In this document: piece after piece, positions 10,213 through 17,671 of the stretch
How the letters are laid out: each line of letters opens with the position of its first letter
How positions within the stretch are numbered: the first letter of the stretch is position 1
From: a virus
Strand: one strand, 5' to 3'
DNA length: 64,000 nucleotides
Virus record (IMG/VR): IMGVR_UViG_3300045286_000131
Span: 6,728 to 70,727 of that record
The notes under the pieces: generated by a model
Database searches by the model: none
Told to the model about the DNA's origin: nothing
The model's input: the letters and a program-made list of their open reading frames with translations, nothing else
Made by a program: the position numbers and the translations under genes

Positions 10213-10239
10213 TTGACAGCTACGCGACTTGCGTATAAT
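10213..10239 (+). promoter_or_regulatory. sigma70-type promoter for the HTH-GroES-cassette-intI operon
   Basis: TTGACA (10213-18) and TATAAT (10234-39) with a short 15-bp spacer; overlaps near-palindrome TACGCGACTTGCGTA. Confidence 0.6.
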
Positions 10240-10249
10240 CTTTTCGCGC

Positions 10250-10345
10250 ATGAGCCGCCAGACATATTTCATCGTTGGATTCATGGCCGGCGCGGTGACG
10301 GCCGGAGCGATTATCGGCACCGTCCTTTTTATTTACCGCCCTTGA
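10250..10345 (+). CDS. 31-aa single-TM peptide
   Basis: MSRQTYFIVGFMAGAVTAGAIIGTVLFIYRP, directly after the promoter and ending 3 nt before the next ATG. Confidence 0.45.
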   Translation: MSRQTYFIVGFMAGAVTAGAIIGTVLFIYRP

Positions 10346-10348
10346 TTT

Positions 10349-10534
10349 ATGACAAAGCCGACAAGCAAGAAACGGAACTTCCCGAAGGCGCTGAAAGAGT
10401 GGCGCAAGGGACGCGGATTTACGCAGCAGCAGGCGGCGAAGGTAATCGGCGTCAAGCTTGCCACCTACCGGAATTGGGAGCAGGGCAGAAACCGGCCGAT
10501 TGAGGCGCTGGTTAATTTTCTTTTTCACAAATAA
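10349..10534 (+). CDS. Cro/XRE-family HTH regulator
   Basis: LKEWRKGRGFTQQQAAKVIGVKLATYRNWEQGRNRP. Confidence 0.85.
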   Translation: MTKPTSKKRNFPKALKEWRKGRGFTQQQAAKVIGVKLATYRNWEQGRNRPIEALVNFLFHK

Positions 10535-10538
10535 TTTT

Positions 10539-10853
10539 ATGGCAAAAGTTCCACCAATGCCGAGGCGGCTTTTCGGAAACCGCGTTATTATCGCCGTCAA
10601 ACCTTCGGTTGGCGGATTCATTGTGAAGGATGGCGTTCTTGTTCCGAACCGCGAGGGCGAGTTTGGAAACCCGAACTTCCGCGAAGCAGTCATTGTGATG
10701 ACCGGCGAAGGCATCACCGAAGACCTGAAGCCCGGCGACAAGGTTTGCTGGAACAGTCGTGGCGGAGTTCCGTATCACGGACTGCTTGTGGTGAGCGTGC
10801 TGGACATTGAGTTTGTGATTCCGCCTAACGACAAGCTGAGCGACAGCCGATAA
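10539..10853 (+). CDS. groES: GroES/Cpn10-like co-chaperonin
   Basis: LFGNRVII..GG..VLVP..AVIVMTGEG..LKPGDKV..VLDIEFVI matches the Cpn10 pattern; the last 7 codons and the stop lie in attC-1. Confidence 0.7.
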   Translation: MAKVPPMPRRLFGNRVIIAVKPSVGGFIVKDGVLVPNREGEFGNPNFREAVIVMTGEGITEDLKPGDKVCWNSRGGVPYHGLLVVSVLDIEFVIPPNDKLSDSR

Positions 10854-10949
10854 AACCACATGAACTTTACAGACTTCAAAAAGCCATACGAGGCAACAAA
10901 AGCGTGGCTGCCGCAAGCCAAGGCTGTTCGCTCCGGCGATTTGTTAGAT
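10823..10949 (-). other. attC: attC site 1 (127 bp)
   Basis: + strand GCCTAAC-GACAA-GCTGAGCGACAGCC ... GGCTGT[T]CGCTC[C]GGC-GATTT-GTTAGAT; inverted arms with two extrahelical bases. Confidence 0.85.
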
Positions 10950-11708
10950 GTCCGTCGTATGGCTCAAACATCCATGCTAGATGGCAGGCTAATCGTGTGG
11001 TTTTCAATGGGTGCGGCGTCTGCCTGTATGCTCAAACTTTTGGCGCATCTAAAACCGATGGCTGTCTATTGCAACACGTCAAAAGACGAGCATCCCGACA
11101 ACCTGCGCTTCCGTGGCGAAATCGAACACTGGACAGGAATCAAAGTGACTGTCATCGGCTCGGACAAATACCAAACAACCGATGAAGTCTTTGAGGACAC
11201 GCAATACATGAGCGGTATCGGCGGCGCACGCTGCACAACTGAACTCAAAAAAATTCCGCGTCTGCGCTTCGCGTATGCCGAGGACATCCACTGCTTCGGA
11301 ATGACGGTGGACGAACAAAAACGCATCAAACAATTCGAGGCAAACAATCACGACATGAATCTAGCGTGGCCGCTAGTGACGGCAGGCATGACCAAACACG
11401 ACTGCCTGAAAGAACTAATGATGAATGGCATCGAACTGCCCGCCATGTATCAACTCGGCTTTGAAAACAATAACTGCATCGGATGCGTGAAGGCTCAAAG
11501 CCCCGACTACTGGAACAGAACGCGCAAACACTTTCCAGAACGCTTCCGCCAGCGGGCGGAACAAAGCCGACGACTCGGAGTGAAGCTAGTAAAGCTCCAC
11601 GGCGAACGAATCTTTCTCGATGAACTGCCCGAAAACGAAACTGAAAAACTGTCCGAGGACTTGTCATGCGGCCCGCAATGCGCTGACGCGAGGACATCTA
11701 ACGAATAG
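10860..11708 (+). CDS. PAPS-reductase/PP-loop family protein (cassette)
   Basis: IVWFSMGAASA PP-loop variant, CTTELKKIP, NNNCIGCVKA. Confidence 0.8.
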   Translation: MNFTDFKKPYEATKAWLPQAKAVRSGDLLDVRRMAQTSMLDGRLIVWFSMGAASACMLKLLAHLKPMAVYCNTSKDEHPDNLRFRGEIEHWTGIKVTVIGSDKYQTTDEVFEDTQYMSGIGGARCTTELKKIPRLRFAYAEDIHCFGMTVDEQKRIKQFEANNHDMNLAWPLVTAGMTKHDCLKELMMNGIELPAMYQLGFENNNCIGCVKAQSPDYWNRTRKHFPERFRQRAEQSRRLGVKLVKLHGERIFLDELPENETEKLSEDLSCGPQCADARTSNE

Positions 11709-11804
11709 CTATGCAGCCACCGACCGACCAACTAACGAGCGCAATGGACGTTACCGATTCACGGGGCGCGTCCGCCGGTGGTCTGCATCAGCGTCTTGTT
11801 CCCC
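11696..11804 (-). other. attC: attC site 2 (109 bp)
   Basis: ATCTAAC-GAATA-GCTATGCAGCCACCG ... CGGTGG[T]CTGCAT[C]AGC-GTCTT-GTTCCCC. Confidence 0.9.
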
Positions 11805-12484
11805 AGCCCTTTTACGAGGACTCACATATAACGCTCTACAACGCTGACTGCCGCCAAGTGCTGCCCCACCTGAAAGTCGCCAACGCCTTTTGCTTCACTG
11901 ACCCGCCCTACAATGTCGGCAAAGACTACGGCGTGTGGAATGACGAAATGCCAACGGCTGACTATCTGCAATTCTGCGCCGAATGGATCGCGGAAGTGAA
12001 ACGGCTCTGCCCCGAAGTCTGCATCTACCCGCCGACAAAATACCTGCTCGAATACTGGCAAATGCTTGGACGCGACTACAAGCAAATCGCGCTCACATGG
12101 AGTCCCGAAGGTGCAATCCGTGGCGGCTGGGTGAATCAATTCGTGACGCTGCTGACCAACGCGAAACCGAAACAGCGCACGAAAGACTGGTGGCATAACT
12201 GCCAGATGCAAGGACTCGGCTACTTCTTCCGTGAAGAATCCTACGGGCATCCAGGCTACACCAGTGAGGATGTGACAAACCGCGTGCTGGCGGCCGTGTG
12301 TCCGACGGATGCAACTGTAATCGAACCTTTCGCCGGCACGGGGACAACTCTGTGGTGCGCGAAACTCCGTGGCATGAAAGCCATCGGATGCGAGATAAAC
12401 CCGAAATACTGCGAACTCATAGCCTCACGATGCGCCCAAAGCGTGCTGGGGCTGGGGAACGGCGGAGCTATGCCACGCCAGTAG
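11711..12484 (+). CDS. N4C/N6A DNA methyltransferase, beta class (cassette)
   Basis: TDPPYN (motif IV) precedes EPFAGTGTT (motif I) and GCEIN. Confidence 0.9.
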   Translation: MQPPTDQLTSAMDVTDSRGASAGGLHQRLVPQPFYEDSHITLYNADCRQVLPHLKVANAFCFTDPPYNVGKDYGVWNDEMPTADYLQFCAEWIAEVKRLCPEVCIYPPTKYLLEYWQMLGRDYKQIALTWSPEGAIRGGWVNQFVTLLTNAKPKQRTKDWWHNCQMQGLGYFFREESYGHPGYTSEDVTNRVLAAVCPTDATVIEPFAGTGTTLWCAKLRGMKAIGCEINPKYCELIASRCAQSVLGLGNGGAMPRQ

Positions 12485-12560
12485 TAAAGGAAAACATGAC
12501 AACTCAAAAAAACAAGAAACGGCCAACGCCAAAGGCGTTGGCATCAGCGACTGGTTCGGC
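12454..12560 (-). other. attC: attC site 3 (107 bp)
   Basis: GGGGAAC-GGCGGA-GCTATGCCACGCC ... GGCG[T]TGGCAT[C]AGC-GACTG-GTTCGGC. Confidence 0.9.
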
Positions 12561-12762
12561 ATGGGTGCGCGTAAAAGACAAACTCCCAATGGAATCGGAA
12601 CGGGTCATCGCCATCTATCGCGGCGTGTATCACCACCGCATCGTGACATTCTGGCGTGACGCCGGAGGAACGCCGCACTTCGGACATCCGAGCGAACCGG
12701 ATGGCAAAGGAAGCCAACCCGCAACCCACTGGCATCCGCTGCCGGAAATGCCGAACAGTTAA
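12496..12762 (+). CDS. DUF551-like phage protein (cassette)
   Basis: WVRVKDKLP...ATHWHPLPEMP signature; ATG 12496 preceded by AAAGGAAAAC. Confidence 0.8.
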   Translation: MTTQKNKKRPTPKALASATGSAWVRVKDKLPMESERVIAIYRGVYHHRIVTFWRDAGGTPHFGHPSEPDGKGSQPATHWHPLPEMPNS

Positions 12763-12788
12763 TTGAACAACTCCAACTTTGTTTATTT
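12748..12788 (-). other. attI: putative attI site
   Basis: ATGCCGAAC is complementary to the other end of the first cassette (GTTCGGCAT); no hairpin partner follows; directly 5' of intI; further GTT motifs on the - strand. Confidence 0.7.
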
Positions 12789-13772
12789 ATGACTGCCATT
12801 GAAATGTTGAAAGCTGCCATTGTAGAACAGGCTTGCGATGATGATACGTTTCAGCAATACGCATTTTGGGTTCGGAAGATTTATCATCATTTGAAAATTC
12901 CAGCCTCACAATGGACAACGGTGGACATGAACAAGGGCTTGATGTGGTTGCGGTCGGAAAATTATGCGGATCAGTCCCAGCGGTGCGCCTTGTGTTCGGT
13001 GGTTTTCTTTTTCCGGTATGTTTTGAAGCGCGAACTTGGTCGGCTGGATTTGCCAGCCATGCCCAAGCAGCGCAAGCAACTCAAGGAAGTCCCGACGCGG
13101 GAGGAAGTCGCCAAACTTATCATGCTGTTGCGCGATGAGTTTCGGCTGATGGGCGGTTTGATGTATGGCGGCGGCACTCGCGTAAAAGAAACCTGCAAGC
13201 TGCGCGTGAAGGATTTTGATTTCGACAACTGCGAAATCCGCATCCACAACGACACCGCCAAGGGTAAAAAATCCCGCTTGCCGCCTTTGCCACAAGCGAT
13301 GATTCCAGCGTTAAAGGATTACTTTGACAACAAACGCCGCGAACTCTACGAGCGCGATCTGGCGCAAGGCTGGGGCTTTGTGGAATTACCCGGAAGACTG
13401 GCGAACAAATACAAGTCGGCCAATCGTGAATATGGCTGGCAGTTTGCTTTTCCTTCACGCGCCGTTTCTCCAACTGGATACCGATGGCACATCACGCCGG
13501 AAGCGTTTCAGAACGAACTCCGCAAGGCTCGGCAGATTGCCGGCATCATCAAGCCGGTGACACCCCACACGCTGCGTCATGCCTTCTGCACCCATGCGCT
13601 AGAGAACGGAACCGAGTTTGAAACCGTCCGCAAATGGATGGGGCATGAGGACGCCAATACCACTTTGATTTACGCGCATACCACCAAGCGCGGCGAGTCG
13701 CCGATGGATTTTGGCCGTAACCTACGCCGATTCCAGATGCCGCCGCAAATCACTTTCGACGCCAAAAACTAA
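12789..13772 (+). CDS. intI: integron integrase (tyrosine recombinase)
   Basis: Catalytic R (YGGGTRVKE), K (AKGKK), HTLRH, MGH, TTLIY, plus the IntI-specific insertion DLAQGWGFVELPGRLANKYKSANREYGWQFAFPS. Confidence 0.93.
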   Translation: MTAIEMLKAAIVEQACDDDTFQQYAFWVRKIYHHLKIPASQWTTVDMNKGLMWLRSENYADQSQRCALCSVVFFFRYVLKRELGRLDLPAMPKQRKQLKEVPTREEVAKLIMLLRDEFRLMGGLMYGGGTRVKETCKLRVKDFDFDNCEIRIHNDTAKGKKSRLPPLPQAMIPALKDYFDNKRRELYERDLAQGWGFVELPGRLANKYKSANREYGWQFAFPSRAVSPTGYRWHITPEAFQNELRKARQIAGIIKPVTPHTLRHAFCTHALENGTEFETVRKWMGHEDANTTLIYAHTTKRGESPMDFGRNLRRFQMPPQITFDAKN

Positions 13773-14534
13773 ATGAAAACATCCATCCTGATAGTCACCT
13801 TTCGCAGAGACATTGAGTTCTGCACGTTCGCCCTGAAATCCATCGCCAAGTTTGCGGCCGGATTTTTGGAGACGGTCGTTGTTGTTCCTGAAAGCGACAA
13901 GGAGTTGTTTGGCGCGCTCCACGCGACATATAATTTCAAGCTGCGGCCGGTTCCAGAGCCGGCTGGAAAAGGGATGCTGAACCAAATGCTGGTGAAAAGC
14001 ACGGCGGATAGTTTCTGCCCGCAAGCGGATTTCATTTTGCATTTCGACAGCGACTACATTTTCACCGCGCCAGTTACGCCGGAAACTTATTTTCGGGACG
14101 GCAAGCCGGTTCTGGTTTGCAACCCGTATGAAAACGTGACCGAGGCCGGACACCGGCAATGGCAGCGGGTGGCTCAAAACGCCGTCGGGTTTGCGGTTCC
14201 GTTCGATACCATGTGCCGCCTGCCGATTATCCACTTGGCGGAGGTTTACCCGAAGCTGCGGGCGCACGTCGAGAATCACACCGGGCTTCCGCTTGAGGAA
14301 TTCATCATGGGCGGGCGTGCCGAGTATCCGCAATCATATGCGGAATTTCCGACCATTGGCGCGATTGCGCTTCATTTCTTCCGCGACGAATACACAGTCG
14401 TTGACCTGTCCAAAGAGCCGGAGCCGAAAAATCCAATCATGCGCGGATGGAGTCACGGCGGCATGGATCACGAAATGCTTTTTCAGGACGGTGAAACGAC
14501 GACTGCGCGGAAGAAGTGGGCGCAGTATCTTTGA
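13773..14534 (+). CDS. GT-A fold glycosyltransferase-like protein
   Basis: SILIVTF..D N-terminus and ILHFDSD DxD motif. Confidence 0.65.
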   Translation: MKTSILIVTFRRDIEFCTFALKSIAKFAAGFLETVVVVPESDKELFGALHATYNFKLRPVPEPAGKGMLNQMLVKSTADSFCPQADFILHFDSDYIFTAPVTPETYFRDGKPVLVCNPYENVTEAGHRQWQRVAQNAVGFAVPFDTMCRLPIIHLAEVYPKLRAHVENHTGLPLEEFIMGGRAEYPQSYAEFPTIGAIALHFFRDEYTVVDLSKEPEPKNPIMRGWSHGGMDHEMLFQDGETTTARKKWAQYL

Positions 14535-14569
14535 CTTTTTAAGCCCGACGTTTACAGGGCAATAAAAAT

Positions 14570-14770
14570 GGCCGGCGGCTGACCGCGACATGGAGTGATG
14601 CGCCGTTACAGCCGCCGGCCCTAGATTTACGGTGCGACTACACCTTGCAGGATAGCCGGAAATCCTGTTGAAATATGGATTCCCGCGATGAGTCGCCACG
14701 GAAGGGTATGGCTTCCGCTTCATACCGTGGATGGGAATGCTGTTTTTCTAATGGCAGCACGCAATGCGTC
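14570..14770 (+). ncRNA. candidate structured non-coding RNA
   Basis: About 300-nt gap lacking a convincing ORF, with serial stems including a perfect 12-bp GGCCGGCGGCTG/CAGCCGCCGGCC; strand uncertain. Confidence 0.4.
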
Positions 14771-14833
14771 CTCCGGCCAATTTCGTTAAAAAACGCTTTT
14801 CAAACCGGAAAGCGGTGATAAAGTCGAATTGTT

Positions 14834-15328
14834 ATGGCAATCAAGTTTTACAAAAAGACATCCCCCCGCACGACCGTCAAATTTGGAAACTTCGCCCTGA
14901 CCTTCCCGACGTTCGACAACATTGTTGGCTATTATTCCACCGACAACGCTGCGGTTCAGGCCGCGCTGGCCGACTACATCGCCAACCAGCAATACGGCCT
15001 CACGGAGATTTCGCAGGAGGAATACAACGCCGACTACCTCGAAAAAAAAAACAATGGGGCGACATTGCCGCCGCGACAATATCGGGAGGAAATAACCAGC
15101 AGAGGATTTTCGTCCGGCCAGCACCAAGGGGCTTATTCGGGGGACACAAGAGTTGCTGCGGTGGTTAGAACCGGCAACGGATCAATTGCCCCGAAATCCG
15201 AAACCCAAATGACCATCGCCGAAAGCTCCGAAGCCGATTCTATTGCACAGCCGAAGCCGGCGGTTTCGCCGACGGCGCAACCTCTTCCCGCCGGCCAGTT
15301 CCAACCATCCACCGGAAAGCGCAAGTAA
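14834..15328 (+). CDS. hypothetical protein
   Basis: 164 aa, abuts the next gene. Confidence 0.65.
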   Translation: MAIKFYKKTSPRTTVKFGNFALTFPTFDNIVGYYSTDNAAVQAALADYIANQQYGLTEISQEEYNADYLEKKNNGATLPPRQYREEITSRGFSSGQHQGAYSGDTRVAAVVRTGNGSIAPKSETQMTIAESSEADSIAQPKPAVSPTAQPLPAGQFQPSTGKRK

Positions 15329-16252
15329 ATGGCAAAGCAGCCTTACAAGACGTTTGCCGGACTGAAGACGGAAATCCGTCAAGAAGTCTGGCCGGGCGCG
15401 TCGGCGGGGACTTCCAATGAAGCGGAGAATCTTATTCAGGCGCATGACGCGCATTTCATTGAAGGCATCGCCGAAATCCAGCGGGAGTGTCCCGGCTTGC
15501 GCCATTTCCAAACGAACGTCGTTTCATTCGAGAAGACATTTTTCAAGGGCGCGATGACTTGCATTGCGGCTCCGAACGGAGTCGTCACCAGAATTTACAC
15601 AGTTGACCGCAACTGGTTTCAGCCGATTTATTACGTCCAGCAGCGTTGGCCGGAGCCGGAAATGTGGGGGCTTGCGAACCGCAAGTCTCTGGCGGCTGCG
15701 CTGAACACACAGAAGCCGCTTCCGCTTGGATTCATGCACGCGAGCGCGGAACACGACCGGAAAACCGGCCGGGCGCGCGGAGGTATTTGGGCGATTGATC
15801 CGCAAACGCGGAACATCTGCATTGCGCCTTGGATTCATTCCGAGGAAACGCTGGTTATAGAGTGGAGCGGTGTAAAAAATGCGTCCGAGTGGTCAGACCA
15901 AGACCCTGTTCCCGACTGGCCCGACTTTAAGCGCGTGCTGAAGCTTTACATCCAGTGGGCGCATGAGCGCGACTTTGGCTCGACGGTTCAGGCGCGGACT
16001 CTGCACAACGACGAATACACCGGCACCTACGACATGGCGCTGGCCGATTTGATTCTTTGGGACAGGGAAATCAACCGCGTCCACAGCGAGCAAGGCGAGG
16101 CAATCAACCGCCAGCATCGCCATCATTTCATGCAGGGCTTTGGAAACTTTCCGCAGGACATCACGGATGATTGGCCGGCGAAATGCCAGCCGCCGGCATT
16201 GATACGCGCGCCGGGCGCTCCGCCGCAACCGGGCGACTCTGATTCGGACTAG
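15329..16252 (+). CDS. probable head-tail adaptor
   Basis: 307 aa at the start of the tail block; positional call. Confidence 0.45.
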   Translation: MAKQPYKTFAGLKTEIRQEVWPGASAGTSNEAENLIQAHDAHFIEGIAEIQRECPGLRHFQTNVVSFEKTFFKGAMTCIAAPNGVVTRIYTVDRNWFQPIYYVQQRWPEPEMWGLANRKSLAAALNTQKPLPLGFMHASAEHDRKTGRARGGIWAIDPQTRNICIAPWIHSEETLVIEWSGVKNASEWSDQDPVPDWPDFKRVLKLYIQWAHERDFGSTVQARTLHNDEYTGTYDMALADLILWDREINRVHSEQGEAINRQHRHHFMQGFGNFPQDITDDWPAKCQPPALIRAPGAPPQPGDSDSD

Positions 16253-16254
16253 CC

Positions 16255-17667
16255 ATGAAATTGCACCGCACAATTCCAACACAGGTTTTTGCCCATGTCG
16301 GCAACATTGGGAACACCAGTTCCGACGCGCACGCAATCGCCGGCATAATTTCCGGCTGGCGGGATGAAATCTTGGAGGATGCGAATGAGGATGCGCGGCA
16401 GCGCGGCAGCAAGATTTTTCAGTCCGTGGTTTCGTGCGGCGGCAATACGATTGCAAACGGCGGCGGATACCTCGACTACGACATTTCGATTGGTGCGAAC
16501 TTTTTCCAGTTCATCCAGCCGTATTTCGGAACGCAGGGGAACGCCGCGAGCGAGACGCAGAATTCATTTCTGCCGGCACCGGACGACACGGACTGGCTGA
16601 ACAATGGTGGCTGGAATTTCGATCAGTTCTTCCTGCTTGGCGACACGCGGAACGACTACTACGAAGTCATCTACAACAACGTCCATTTCTTTGTCCTCGA
16701 CTCGTCCCAATACGAGCCGGATGGAAAAACGATTGACTCGAAGCAGGCGCAATGGCTGAAGCTCCGGCTTTTGCTTTCAACGGCGACTTGGAAAATCGTC
16801 GTGCTTGCCAAGCCGGTTTATTCTTCCGCGACTTCGGTTGACACCGACGTTCAATGGAATTTCGCTCAATGGGGAGCCGACTTGGTTCTTTCCGGCGGGC
16901 CGCAATGCTACGAGCGCGTCACCGCCAACGGAACTGTTTTTATCCAGAATGGGCTTGGCGGCACTGGAACATCCGGCGCGATTGTGAGCCTGCTTCCGAC
17001 ATCGAACTTTTTCTACAACACAACTTCCGCCGTCGGCAGAATCACGACTTGCGAAACGAGCCTGCTTTATGAGTTGCTGGATTTGAGCGGCAATGTGGTT
17101 GACTCCGTGACGCTGCTTGCGGAGGACAAAGTTTCGCTTGTTCCGCAGCCGCCGTCCGCAACCGTCATTCAGGGTGTTCAATGTTTTTCCGGCGCGGTGA
17201 ACGTGACAACCCAGACGCCTTATCTTGGCGCTGGAATCTATTACAACTACGCGACCAAAGAAGCCGTCGCGTGGCACGGCTTTTTGAATTGCTGGGCGGG
17301 GTTTCAGGGAACCGGAGGCGGAGCGATTCAACTTTCCGGCGGCGTGCAGGCGTTCGCCGGAAGCGGATCTCCGGCAACAAAAAACCCAATCCCGAAGCCA
17401 GCCAACAGCGCAGGGACGTATTACGACTACACCAACAAGGTGAATTATTTTTGGAATCCGACCATGAATTCCGGCTCCGGCGGCTGGGAAGGGACGGCAT
17501 CCGGCGGGACATTCGCCGCAATCAACACGGCAACCGGCCAGCAGTTTTTTTGCGGCTACGGCGCTCCGTCGGCGCTGATTGTTCCGGCAAACGCGGCCGG
17601 AATCTATTACGATTTTCAGGGCAATCAATTGTTGAACTGGAATCCGACAACCAATAAATTCGAGTAA
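16255..17667 (+). CDS. metallophosphoesterase-fold protein with degenerate active site plus C-terminal fibre-like repeats
   Basis: VHFFVLDS..QAQWLK..L...TWKIVV..PVYS..GADLVLSG..YER scaffold; repeated AGIYYxY motifs at the C-terminus. Confidence 0.7.
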   Translation: MKLHRTIPTQVFAHVGNIGNTSSDAHAIAGIISGWRDEILEDANEDARQRGSKIFQSVVSCGGNTIANGGGYLDYDISIGANFFQFIQPYFGTQGNAASETQNSFLPAPDDTDWLNNGGWNFDQFFLLGDTRNDYYEVIYNNVHFFVLDSSQYEPDGKTIDSKQAQWLKLRLLLSTATWKIVVLAKPVYSSATSVDTDVQWNFAQWGADLVLSGGPQCYERVTANGTVFIQNGLGGTGTSGAIVSLLPTSNFFYNTTSAVGRITTCETSLLYELLDLSGNVVDSVTLLAEDKVSLVPQPPSATVIQGVQCFSGAVNVTTQTPYLGAGIYYNYATKEAVAWHGFLNCWAGFQGTGGGAIQLSGGVQAFAGSGSPATKNPIPKPANSAGTYYDYTNKVNYFWNPTMNSGSGGWEGTASGGTFAAINTATGQQFFCGYGAPSALIVPANAAGIYYDFQGNQLLNWNPTTNKFE

Positions 17668-17671
17668 AATT

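Larger units (their letters stand above)
10823..13772. mobile_element. phage-borne integron: intI, attI and three gene cassettes
   Basis: IntI-type integrase next to three attC hairpins; each cassette has complementary termini. Confidence 0.9.

Noticed and set aside
12298-12495. Extended N-terminus of the DUF551-like ORF
   Set aside because: It overlaps the MTase; ATG 12496 has an SD-like AAAGG and fits the cassette pattern
10823-12762. The att sites as a CRISPR array or terminators
   Set aside because: Their sequences differ, they are separated by whole genes, and they have long loops without T tracts
12789-13772. Tyrosine recombinase as an ordinary prophage integrase
   Set aside because: It has the IntI-specific insertion and adjacent attC sites, and no host genes or prophage boundary are visible; a secondary role in integration cannot be excluded
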